Assembly: GCA_963833985.1 (NCBI GenBank)
Contig: CAWIAD010000001.1
Coordinates: 64,001-128,000, forward strand
Length of the DNA: 64,000 nt
Source of the DNA: an uncultured Planctomycetaceae bacterium
Lineage (GTDB): Bacteria; Planctomycetota; Planctomycetia; Isosphaerales; Isosphaeraceae
Reading direction: 5' to 3'
Position numbers and translations under genes: made by a program. The stretch's first letter is position 1. The number at the start of each line of letters is the position of its first letter. The notes beneath the pieces are model-generated. The model was not told where the DNA came from, ran no database searches, and saw only the letters and a list, made by a program, of their open reading frames with translations. Positions 10,070 through 19,553 of this stretch are shown here, piece by piece.

Positions 10070-10500
10070 ATGGCGAAAAAGCGCGCTTCCGAGGATATCC
10101 ACATCGGCAAGTTCGACATCCTTGCCACCTACGCTTACGCCAGTGCCTTGCAACATGGGCTGGACGATGACCAGGCCAGGCAGCGCGGGATGGTTGCGGC
10201 AATCATGGGCGCACAGCGCGGCTCGGTGTGCGCAGCGACCACGGCGACGACTACGAGTCCCAGAAGGAAGCGGCCGAGAAAAAGAAGAAGACTACCATCA
10301 CCGCCGCGGCGTTCGATTCGCAGGTGGTCCGAAAGATGGGCGACTTCTTTGACACCACCTTCCTGCCCGCCATGACCAAGCTGGTCGCGGCCGGACTTTC
10401 CTATGATGAGGTGAAGTCGCTGGTCAAGATCCCCAGGACCTGGGGCGCGAAGATCAGCGGAGAGAAGTTCCGGGAGCGCGTTGCGGAATACCTGAAGTGA
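10070..10500 (+). CDS. Hypothetical protein (~143 aa), frameshifted near 10215-10230
   Basis: ORFs 10058..10375 (N-half) and 10228..10500 (C-half) both read as protein-like with high-GC codon use and join into one product. Confidence 0.65.
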
Positions 10501-10730
10501 TCCCCGCATTGTCGGATGCGAACGGCAGCTTCGCTCGGCCGCCCACTGAATTCATCGCCCGTATTGACCCATTGTGCTGGATCGTAGTGTGGCGCGTGAA
10601 CATTCCTGCCGGCAGCCGACCGGTGCGAGCAGGGACGAGGTTATTCTGGTGTTTCCCGCCATGACGACCGCGAGGCGCGTTATGATCGGGTCGAGTTGCC
10701 GTCTCGTCAGGTCATCCCGGAGAATCCGCC

Positions 10731-11177
10731 ATGTGGCGCTGTCTCAAGTGCCGCGAGAGGGTCGATGACTCGTTCGAGGTCTGCTGGTCCTGCGGTACCA
10801 CCGCCGATGGTATCGAGGACCCCAATTTCATCCCGGCCGACGAGGCCGAACCGATCGAGGACGAGCCCGTCCCGGAGGGATCCGACGTCGACGACCCGTT
10901 TGCCGACTTCGCCGGCGCCCCCCTGCCCGAGGTGGTCGAATGCTACACGGCCAGCAACACAATCGAGGCGAAGTTCATCGCTGACCAGTTGATGGAGCAA
11001 GGCATCCCAGCCATCGCCGACAAGATCCATGTCAACCTGGTCCTTGGCGGGTTCCACCCCGAAATGTGGGGTTGCGGTCCCCGAGTCCGCGTGCGCAAGG
11101 ATGACCTGCCGAAGGCCGTGGCCTGGCTCCGAGCGTACGAACAGCGCCGCAGGGCCAGGCAAGAGTCGCCGGGCTGA
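10731..11177 (+). CDS. Zn-ribbon plus DUF2007-like (putative signal transducing) protein
   Basis: WRCLKC...CWSCG ribbon, acidic linker, then EAKFIADQLMEQGIPA...VRVRKDDLPKA. Confidence 0.75.
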   Translation: MWRCLKCRERVDDSFEVCWSCGTTADGIEDPNFIPADEAEPIEDEPVPEGSDVDDPFADFAGAPLPEVVECYTASNTIEAKFIADQLMEQGIPAIADKIHVNLVLGGFHPEMWGCGPRVRVRKDDLPKAVAWLRAYEQRRRARQESPG

Positions 11178-11199
11178 GCCGCTAACCCGCGGAGACTTC

Positions 11200-12365
11200 T
11201 CAATCAGCTGCTTGACGCCGGGCGTGGCGCGCACAACCGAGCACGCCCAGCAGGCCGATGCCCAGGAGCACAAGGCTCGCCGGCTCAGGGATACCGATGG
11301 TGACGATGCCGGGAGAGCCGGGCTGATCCAGGGGTATGGGTGATGGAGGAAAGTTCGGAAAAACGCTGCGAATCCCGCTCACTCCGCCGCCCGAGACGTT
11401 GATGTTGCTGAGGTCGCCGGTAAAGCCGCCCGTGCCGTACTCGACGAGCACCTGGCCTCCGCCACCGCCACCACCGGCGTAAGTGCCGCCATCACCGCCT
11501 TGCGCCTCAGGAGCCCCGAACTTGTCAGTGCGACTGAATCACCATGGAGAAAGATTCCACCACCGCTGCCCCCGCCGCCGCCAACAACGCCCGCAGAGCC
11601 GTCCGCCAGGATGCTGCCGGCGACCGTGACCGCGCCGACCGCACCAATCTCGATCGCACCACCGCCCCCGCCGCCGGAGCCGTTGCCTACCTTTGTGTTA
11701 TAGATACCGCCCCCGCTTCCACCTTGAAGGGTGATTGCCAGATTGCCGTAACTGCCACCACCCGGCCCGCCTCCACCCGGGCTGTACTGGACAGACCCGG
11801 GCGGGCCTGTAAGACTTCCGGCACCGCCGCTCCCACCTTGGCCCCCAAAACCTCCACCACCGCCATTACTGAAGTAGATTCCGGTCTGGTCGCTCCCGTA
11901 GCCCCCGCTGCCTCCCGCGCCGGGACCGCTGCCGCCACCGAAGCCTCCAGGACCACCGCTGGAAAGTACCCCGCTCAACCCTCCCTGGAAGGAGATGCCG
12001 CTGACGTTGATGGATCCATTGATACTCACATCACCCCGCGACAGCAGGGCCAGAGGCGGAGCCACGACACCGCTGCTCGGGTAGGGATCGACCAGGACCT
12101 GATTGCTGGCCAGGTTGATCGAGTTAAAATCGAACACGGCGATGCCGTTGTAGATCACCCCGTTCAACACTTGCCCGGTCGGCCCGTCGATAAAGGGCGT
12201 CGGCCCGGCGGTGGAGACACTGTACGTCCCCGCCGCCGTGGGAAATGCCCCCAGCGACGTGAAGCCGAGCGGGTCCAGCGGACCGGCCAGCGTCTTCTCC
12301 GCACCACCCAGGAGAAACGAGAACAGGACCACGGTGCACGCCGAGTCTGAGAATACGCGCCTCAT
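11200..12365 (-). CDS. Glycine-rich PEP-CTERM sorting domain protein, frameshifted near 11505
   Basis: Signal peptide and Gly-rich body in ORF 11379..12365; C-terminal IPEPASLVLLGIGLLGVLGCARHARR in ORF 11200..11451. Confidence 0.85.
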
Positions 12366-12695
12366 GAGGGCTCTCCTGCGACAGAATTACGGAGATGACG
12401 TGACACGAAAATCGATGGAAGAATGGCTGCACGCTTGAATAATATCAACGCTAGCGTGCCTGAAAGCGCAGGTCAAAACATTTCTTTTTCCAAAGACACG
12501 AGAGAAAACCAGGAAACGCAAGCGTCCGTCCCGAGCGCCGGCGGCATTCACTTTGATCTCTGTAAACTCCGCGGCTGGCTTGCGGCTTCGGACGCCGCCT
12601 GATAAGAGGCTGGATCGTCAATGATCGTGATGCGAGAATAAACGATCTTGACGAATGGAAACCCGGTCCGCGTTGCGGTTGGCGGAGGGCTGAGC

Positions 12696-14331
12696 ATGCC
12701 TGGGGAACCGGCTGACGACAGTATGTTCCCCGCTGCTCGGCTGAACGAGCTGATCGAGATCTGCAATCGGTTCGAGGCCGCCTGGAGGAAGGGGACTCCG
12801 CGCGATCGAGCACGAGCTGGGAGGAGTTCCGGAAGAACTGCGGTCATGCGTGCTCGGGCCGTTGCTCGCCCTGGAGGTCAAGCTGCGCCGGGAGCAAGGA
12901 GAACGTCCGACCTTGCAGGAGTATCTCGCCCGATTCCCGGCCGATCAGGATCTCATCCAGGCGCACTTCTTGATGATAGACGCGCCAGATGACACCAGAG
13001 ACCATGATTCACTGCCCGAAGCGCCGACTGCACCGATCCTTCCCGATCGGATCGGGCGTTACCGCATCGATCGGCTTGCCGGAAAAGGCGGTTTCGGGCT
13101 GGTCTACCTGGCACACGACGACGAGCTGGATCGGCCCGTGGCCGTCAAGGTGCCCCACGCACATCTTGTCTCCCGTCCGGAGGATGCCGGGCCGTATCTC
13201 GTGGAAGCCCGTACGGTCGCCGGTCTCGACCATCCTCATATCGTGCCGGTCTACGATGTGGGAAGCTCCTCCGGGTTTCCTCTTTTTGTCGTCTCCAGGT
13301 TCATCCACGGAGTGAATCTGGAGTCGATGCTGAAGGAACGGCGCCCCACACCGCACGACTCTGCCGGTTTGGTGGCGGTGGTCGCCGAGGCCCTGCACCA
13401 CGCCCACAAGCGCGGGCTGGTTCACAGGGATATCAAGCCGGGCAATATCCTCATCGATCGGGACGGCAATCCACACATCGTGGATTTCGGTCTGGCCTTG
13501 CGCGAACAACAGACAGCCACCGGGCATCGCTACGCCGGTACTCCCGCCTACATGAGCCCCGAGCAAGCCCGCGGCGAGGGAAACCGGGTCGATGGCCGTT
13601 CCGACATCTTCAGCCTGGGCGTGGTCCTGTATGAACTGCTGACGGGCCGCCGGCCGTTCCGGGGCGATTCCCTGGAGGAGCTTTTCGAGCAGGTCATCGA
13701 GCTCGAGCCTCGCCCGCCCCGCCAGTACGATGAAACCCTCCCCAGGGAACTGGAGCGCATCTGCCTGAAAGCGCTATCGAAGCGGGCAGCCGAGCGCTAC
13801 ACAACCGCATGGGACATGGCCCGGGACCTGCGTTCCTGCTTCCAGACGGTGCCGCAAGCGGCGCCCGACAACCTGCTGCACCTGATGTGGGACAGCCTGG
13901 ACGAAGGTCTCCAGGACGCCTTCGCCCTGGCCTACAACAAGAAGCGGAGGCAGGGCGGCAACCGGATCAGCACGAAGGACTTCTTCCAGGCCCTGGTCCG
14001 GCTCAAGGATGACTCGGTGCGTACGTTGATCGATTCGTTGCCACCAGACGCCCTTCCCGAGCCGATCGACGGCAGCATCCCCAGAGACAGGCGGCTCGTC
14101 CTGGGCGAGCAGCCGCTCCTGTCCGATTGCGTGGCCGACTCGCTCGGGCATTTCAGCAAGCTCGGCTCGCTGCCCAGGAAACTAAGTCCCGCCGACGTGT
14201 TCGTGGACATCGCCAGACACGGCCACGGCGAGTCCGTGGTGCGACTGCGCGAGCACGGTGTCGGGCAAAAGCAGATCGAGCAGAAGGTCGACGAGCTGAG
14301 ACTGGTGGTCCTTCGAAGGAAGGGCCAGTGA
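12696..14331 (+). CDS. Hanks-type Ser/Thr protein kinase with a C-terminal Clp-N-like helical domain (N-terminal frameshift ~12800)
   Basis: GKGGFG, VAVK, HRDIKPGN, DFG, GTPAYMSPE, DIFSLG. The N-terminal ICNRFEAAW segment is in the adjacent frame, with GGAGGG RBS before ATG 12696. Confidence 0.88.
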
Positions 14332-14371
14332 GTGGACGGCAAAGAGCCCTGTGCGTGAACCATCGCCACGA

Positions 14372-14419
14372 TAGGCGATGAGGGACTGGAACCCCCCGAC
14401 ATCTTGCGCGGAAAGCAGT
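14372..14419 (-). repeat. Degenerate copy of the 3' part of tRNA-Val (att-like site)
   Basis: taggcgatgagggactggaaccccccgacatcttgcgcggaaagcagt versus tRNA tgggcgatgagggactcgaacccccgacatcctgcgtgtaaagcagt (15344-15390): 5 substitutions and 1 insertion. Confidence 0.85.
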
Positions 14420-14723
14420 CAAATCTCACGCCGTTCTCTTGCTCTAATCAGACACCGTCATTCGATCTTTGGTGCACGAATGCTTGGTCGAGACGATCCA
14501 AGAGAACCCAATGACCGACCCACAAGACGCGAAGTTGCGGGACGTGATTCCCAAGATTCGGCGGAGCTACGTGCTCATCGGTGACGACCGTGGGCCCTGC
14601 CTTGAATAAACGTCCGAACCTGTCGATTCGCCTTGTGTCGCTCATTGGCCGCATGAAACTGTAACGCTAGTATGAAGCTCACGGACGAGGTCCCATGTGT
14701 GCCTGCGCGATCCGGGGGGCGAA

Positions 14724-14942
14724 ATGACGATCGAAGAGATCTACAACCAATCCATCAAGCCGCTTTCACCCTCTGAGCGATTTCGGCTGGCGACGCTCAT
14801 TCTGAGCGAGATACCTCCGCAGTGCGTCGTGGACGTCCGCGACGCATGGGACGATGAAGACATGCGCGATGTTTCCGCCTATTCCGCGGGGCGGTTCACC
14901 GCCGAATTCCCGGAGGAAGGCGACCTTGCTCAAGCCAGGTGA
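14724..14942 (+). CDS. Putative type II antitoxin
   Basis: 72 aa with an acidic C-terminus; overlaps the start of the downstream PemK/MazF toxin. Confidence 0.7.
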   Translation: MTIEEIYNQSIKPLSPSERFRLATLILSEIPPQCVVDVRDAWDDEDMRDVSAYSAGRFTAEFPEEGDLAQAR

Positions 14943-15255
14943 CGTGGTCGTCGTCGACTTCCCCGGCGTGACGGGCATCAAGCGCAGACCGGCTGTCGTG
15001 GTGTCTTCCGACGTGTATCACTCCGCTCGGCCTGACGTGATCGTCGGCCTGATCACAAGCCAGGTGACCATCTCGCTCGGACCCACCGATCATGCGCTCA
15101 CGGATTGGTCCGCGGCTGGCTTGCGCCTTCCCTCGCTGTTCCGCAGCTTTCTTGTGACCTTGCCCCGGACGGCCGTGTACCAGGTTGCGGGCCACCTTTC
15201 CGAGCAAGACTGGCTCGCTGTCCGTGCAAGAGTCGGAACTGCGCTGGCTCCTTGA
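14926..15255 (+). CDS. PemK/MazF-family toxin (endoribonuclease)
   Basis: PGDVVVVDFP...KRRPAVVVSS...VIVGLITS; TTG start with GGAGGAAGG at 14912-14920. Confidence 0.88.
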   Translation: MLKPGDVVVVDFPGVTGIKRRPAVVVSSDVYHSARPDVIVGLITSQVTISLGPTDHALTDWSAAGLRLPSLFRSFLVTLPRTAVYQVAGHLSEQDWLAVRARVGTALAP

Positions 15256-15342
15256 TCGACAAGCAGCGGCTCATGGAAGTCTGTTGATCGGGGCGAGCTG
15301 ACGCTCCTGACACGGCAAGCGCAAGCCAAAACGGTCAGAGGC

Positions 15343-15417
<75 letters not shown>

Positions 15418-15444
15418 GGCACGAGAGTGATTTTAACAGACGGA

Positions 15445-16578
15445 TTATCGCGTGTCTGGAGCACTCGCCGGATTGCCCAGGGAGCGCGGTGGGGTGTCGC
15501 CGGGGGATGACGGCACTGGCACCTGGACGGGGGGCTCCTCCGGCTCGCCGGGCTGGATGCGCCGGGCGGCGATGATGCGCCAGCCGGTGTCGATGCCTTC
15601 CAGGCGGAAACGCACCAGGCTGAGGCGGAGATGGCTGGGCGGATCGCCCAGCGAGGCGAGCTGGTCAGTCACCTCGGCGTTCACCACGGCACGCTCATAG
15701 ACGAAGGGGCCGTCTGCCTTGAGCGTGTGGAAGGGACGCTTGAGCAGGGCATCCCAGGTCTTCGGGTCGCCGGCCACGTCGCCGGCCAGGGCCTGCTGCG
15801 CTTCGGGCAGGGGCGGTTTGGCGTCGTCGACCAGCATCTTGTAGGTGGGCAGGATCTTCTTCGGAGCCAGTGCGCCCTCGGCAAGGTCGCTGAAGACCTT
15901 GCCGAAGTTTTCGGCGGCGTCGAAGATGTCGTTCGGGTCGCCGCTCGCCATCTTCTCGTAGATCCCTGATTTCTCGGCCTTTTCCTTGGCGGCGTGCACG
16001 GCGTCGAGTGTCTGGCCGGCTGCGCCGAGCGGGTTCTTGGGGGTGAAGCGGGTAATCTCAGGATCATACGTGAATTCGGACGCGATCCTGGCGTGCAGGC
16101 GGGCCAGCGGCGCGAACGTGCCCTTGAATGTGCGATCGCGGCCGCGGTCGCGCCGTATTCTGGCATACGAGCGGATCGCCGGCGGCTCCTCGATGGTGCT
16201 CAGCCGGCGCTGGGCCGGCTCATCGCTTTTCATGAGCGCCTGCATATAAGCCTCCGAGACACGCTCGACGGGATCGACGGGCCGCGGCTTGAGACGCGGC
16301 CAGAGGATCAGGGCCGACAATCCGGCCGCGGTCAATAGAACGAGAAGCACCGCGGAGACGAGCCACCAGCGTCGGGACTTCCGGACTTGCGCTTCCCCGG
16401 AGGGCACGAAGACGTTAGAGGGCGGCGGGGGTTCCGACGCGGCCGCCGTCGTGTCGCTGCCCACTCGCGGCAGCCGGTGCCGCGCTCCGCACTTGGGGCA
16501 TTCCACAACTTCGCCAGGACCGTCGACCGCGGTGAGAAAGGCCGTCTGGCAGCGAGTGCAGCGAACGCGCGTGCTCAT
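15445..16578 (-). CDS. Hypothetical membrane-anchored protein with N-terminal Zn ribbon
   Basis: CTRC...CPKC, one TM helix, large C-terminal domain; start overlaps the upstream gene stop (ATGA). Confidence 0.8.
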   Translation of the reverse strand: MSTRVRCTRCQTAFLTAVDGPGEVVECPKCGARHRLPRVGSDTTAAASEPPPPSNVFVPSGEAQVRKSRRWWLVSAVLLVLLTAAGLSALILWPRLKPRPVDPVERVSEAYMQALMKSDEPAQRRLSTIEEPPAIRSYARIRRDRGRDRTFKGTFAPLARLHARIASEFTYDPEITRFTPKNPLGAAGQTLDAVHAAKEKAEKSGIYEKMASGDPNDIFDAAENFGKVFSDLAEGALAPKKILPTYKMLVDDAKPPLPEAQQALAGDVAGDPKTWDALLKRPFHTLKADGPFVYERAVVNAEVTDQLASLGDPPSHLRLSLVRFRLEGIDTGWRIIAARRIQPGEPEEPPVQVPVPSSPGDTPPRSLGNPASAPDTR

Positions 16579-17414
16579 GAAAGGTCCCGGTTCAAGGAGG
16601 AGCGTGCGGGCCGCTCCGGTGTGGGTCGTGGTGGCGATCCTCGGGGGGGACTGGCCTGACATTCCAGGCACACCGGCTCGCCGCCGGCCACGGGCTTGCC
16701 GCACCTCTGGCACAGGCCCGCGCGACGACGAATCGAGGGCAAGGCGGCGCGGAGCGGGTCGGCCTCGGGCATGGAACCGAAGCTGTTCAGGCGCGGCGCC
16801 ACCCAGCCGGCGAGCTCGGAGTTCACGCGGTCGGCCTGGACGCGCTGCTCCACGAGCTTCAGCATCCAGATCGCAAGCTGCACATCAATCGCGTGCAACG
16901 CCTCGCCGCGCACGTGCTGCGTGATCTGATCGCGAAGCTCGAACACGCGCCCCACCCGCCCCGCCGCCTGCGCCCGGGCCAGCTCGGAACGGAGACGTTG
17001 AGTGCCGTCGTTTTCCGCGGCGACGTTCGAGGATTCCTCCTGCCCCTCGATCGCCAGTGCGATCCTGTTCAGCGTGGGGACCAGGTGCTGCTCGATCAGC
17101 TCGGTGGTACGACGGGAGGATTCGGCACCGTCGGCCATCACCTCGAGCGCCTGGGCGAACGTGCGCAAAAGCTGGCCCAGGATCCAGCCCGCCAGTCCGC
17201 AACCGCCCAGAGTCACCACCGCCACGATGGCCATCACCCGGCGCTCGCCCCAGGTGAACTGGGCGTCGGAAATGAGGTCCTTCGCCTGGTCCAGAAAAAG
17301 CCCGAGGCCCGAGGTCAGGCAGCCGAGCTGAACCCAGAGGGCCAGCCGTGCCAGCGACCTGGCTCCATCTCGGAGTGGAGCATGGGGTGACGATTCCGGC
17401 GACAGGCGGCTCAT
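16575..17414 (-). CDS. Hypothetical membrane protein with C-terminal Zn ribbon
   Basis: Two TM segments, helical region, CQRC...CLEC. Confidence 0.75.
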   Translation of the reverse strand: MSRLSPESSPHAPLRDGARSLARLALWVQLGCLTSGLGLFLDQAKDLISDAQFTWGERRVMAIVAVVTLGGCGLAGWILGQLLRTFAQALEVMADGAESSRRTTELIEQHLVPTLNRIALAIEGQEESSNVAAENDGTQRLRSELARAQAAGRVGRVFELRDQITQHVRGEALHAIDVQLAIWMLKLVEQRVQADRVNSELAGWVAPRLNSFGSMPEADPLRAALPSIRRRAGLCQRCGKPVAGGEPVCLECQASPPRGSPPRPTPERPARSSLNRDLS

Positions 17415-17532
17415 GAGCGGTGGCCATGCTCCAGCAAAAACGGTCAGTGCGAATCCTGGTGAGAGGCCGAGCCTCCATTATATCGAGTGAACGCCGGGTC
17501 CCGGCGCATTCTGGCAGTCATGAGGCTTGAAG

Positions 17533-18387
17533 TCATGGCGCGCGGCGTTCCAGCAGGTAATAGCAGCGGCGCTGGCCGGCCGAGCCGTCACGCACCAGGC
17601 CAATTGCGCGGTAGCCTGCGGCGAACGACTGCTGGAAGGCCTGGCGCACGGCCCGATGCCAGACTCCGGCCAGCGCGTGATGGTCGCGGCGCAGTGCCAT
17701 GACGCGCTCGGGGATCTCGAGCAAGACCCGCGGTTCGCCCTGCGATTCCACGACCTGGACCGGCACCAGGGCTCCGGTGGAGTCGCGGTCGGCGCGTACC
17801 AGGCACGTGAGTGACTTCGTGTCGGCAACGCACGGCTCCTGCTCCGGCGCCGGCGGTTCATCGATCTCCCACTCGGCGATCAGCCGGTCGGTGGGTACGC
17901 CGGCGAAGAGTGCGTCGGTGCGATCGCCGTACATGGCCTCGACATAGCGGCGCGCCCGGGCACCCAGGCGGTTGAGATTGAAATGCGCATTGCCGGACTG
18001 GAGCGGGTCGAAGGCCCAGGCAATGAGGCTCAGGCCTTCGGCATGAGCAAAATGGCGCTGGACCAGCTTGATGGCGTGGCCCAATCCGCGCGACTGGTAG
18101 GCGGGCACCACGCCGGTGAGCTGCGAGTAGAGACAGATGCGGTCGTCGAGCCGGCCGAGGAAGCTGAACGACACGCCCACGGCCGAGCCGTCGGCCAGGA
18201 ACGCCCCCAGCACCAGCCCGCCGTGAAGGTTCGCTCCCACCATGGTGGCGATCGGGATGATGTAACTTTCGTCGGTGATGCCCCAGGCCTTGCGCTGGGC
18301 CTCCTGGCAAGCGCGATAATCGGCCGGGCTGGCCGCGCGGCGGATGGTGATCTCGGCATCAAGGTGAACGCTACCGTTGGGCTGCAT
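17533..18387 (-). CDS. GNAT-family acyltransferase, probable D-amino acid N-succinyltransferase
   Basis: LYSQLTGVVPAYQSRGLGHAIK, WAFDPLQSGNAHFNLNRLG, PTDRL; clustered with NSAR and M20 genes. Confidence 0.82.
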   Translation of the reverse strand: MQPNGSVHLDAEITIRRAASPADYRACQEAQRKAWGITDESYIIPIATMVGANLHGGLVLGAFLADGSAVGVSFSFLGRLDDRICLYSQLTGVVPAYQSRGLGHAIKLVQRHFAHAEGLSLIAWAFDPLQSGNAHFNLNRLGARARRYVEAMYGDRTDALFAGVPTDRLIAEWEIDEPPAPEQEPCVADTKSLTCLVRADRDSTGALVPVQVVESQGEPRVLLEIPERVMALRRDHHALAGVWHRAVRQAFQQSFAAGYRAIGLVRDGSAGQRRCYYLLERRAP

Positions 18388-18401
18388 GGCGAGAGCTCGG
18401 G

Positions 18402-19541
18402 TTAAAGGAATTGCAGCAGGGCTCCCAGGAGAGCGGCGCGCTGGGACAATGAATCGATGAGGATATGCTCGTCATCGGCATGCGCGCCAGCACCCAGCAC
18501 GCCCAGGCCGTCCAGCGTGGGAATACCGAGCGCCGCGGTGAAGTTGCCATCGCTTCCGCCGCCGGTCGAGCCCTCGCAGAGCTCGATGCCGTACCGTCGC
18601 GCGATGGCGCAGGCCTGCTCGTAAAGAACCGCAATCGACGGTGTCCGCTCCATGGGAGGGCGGTTGAACTGGCCGCTCACCGTGAGGCGCGTGCCGGCAG
18701 TCACAGGTGCCAGTGAACGCAGCGTTCGCTCGATGGAGCGGGCCGACTCGGCGGTTGTGGCGCGGACGTCGACCACGGCCGAGGCCCGCGCGGCGACGAC
18801 GTTGGGGACCGTGCCACCGTGCACCACGCCCGCGTTCACGGTCAGACCGCTGGAGGGATCATTGAACGCCTGGAGGCGAAGGACCTGGTGCGCCAGTTCG
18901 ACGATGGCGCTGCGCCCCTGCTCCGGGGCGACGCCGGCGTGTGCGGCCTTCCCTTCGATGTCGATCGTGAACTGGCCCACGCCCTTGCGGGAGGTCTTCA
19001 AGGCGCCGTTGGGCAGGGGCGGTTCGAGCACCAGAACATGCGCGCTCTCGGCAGCTAGCGACTCGATGAGCGCACGCGACGTGGGGCTGCCGGTCTCCTC
19101 GTCGCTGGTGGCCAGTACAACCAGCGGCCGGGCCGGTGCGAGGCGCAGTCGGTGGAGCGCCTCGAGCACCCCGAAAAGCATGGCCAGGCTGGCCTTCATG
19201 TCGTAAACGCCGGGGCCATGGAGCTTGCCGTCCTGCTCGCGGACTGGCATTCCGGCCAGCGTGCCGGCCGGCCAGACGGTGTCGAAATGTGTCAGCAGGA
19301 GCGCGGGCCGCTCTCCTTCCGCTCCGGCGAAGCGTCCGACGACGTGGTTGCCCCCGTGCGGGTTCTTCTGAACCGCCGCGACACCGCCCAGCTCTCGGAT
19401 CCGCCCGGCCAGCACGTCCGCCAGGGCATCGAGCGCGGGTTTGTCATGGCTGGGCGACTCATGCTCGACGAGGCGCACCAGCTCGGAGAGCATCGCCGGC
19501 TTGAGGGACCTCAGGACGCTCAGAAGCGGATGGTCAAGCAC
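18402..19541 (-). CDS. M20 metallopeptidase (carboxypeptidase G2-like), probable desuccinylase
   Basis: HFDTVW, YDMK, SDEE, LEP, GGSDGN, GAH metal-binding motifs. Confidence 0.88.
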   Translation of the reverse strand: MLDHPLLSVLRSLKPAMLSELVRLVEHESPSHDKPALDALADVLAGRIRELGGVAAVQKNPHGGNHVVGRFAGAEGERPALLLTHFDTVWPAGTLAGMPVREQDGKLHGPGVYDMKASLAMLFGVLEALHRLRLAPARPLVVLATSDEETGSPTSRALIESLAAESAHVLVLEPPLPNGALKTSRKGVGQFTIDIEGKAAHAGVAPEQGRSAIVELAHQVLRLQAFNDPSSGLTVNAGVVHGGTVPNVVAARASAVVDVRATTAESARSIERTLRSLAPVTAGTRLTVSGQFNRPPMERTPSIAVLYEQACAIARRYGIELCEGSTGGGSDGNFTAALGIPTLDGLGVLGAGAHADDEHILIDSLSQRAALLGALLQFL

Positions 19542-19553
19542 GCCTGCGTTCCC

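Noticed and set aside
14372..14419. Second functional tRNA-Val
   Set aside because: Lacks the 5' acceptor strand and D-arm; the T-loop and anticodon are mutated.
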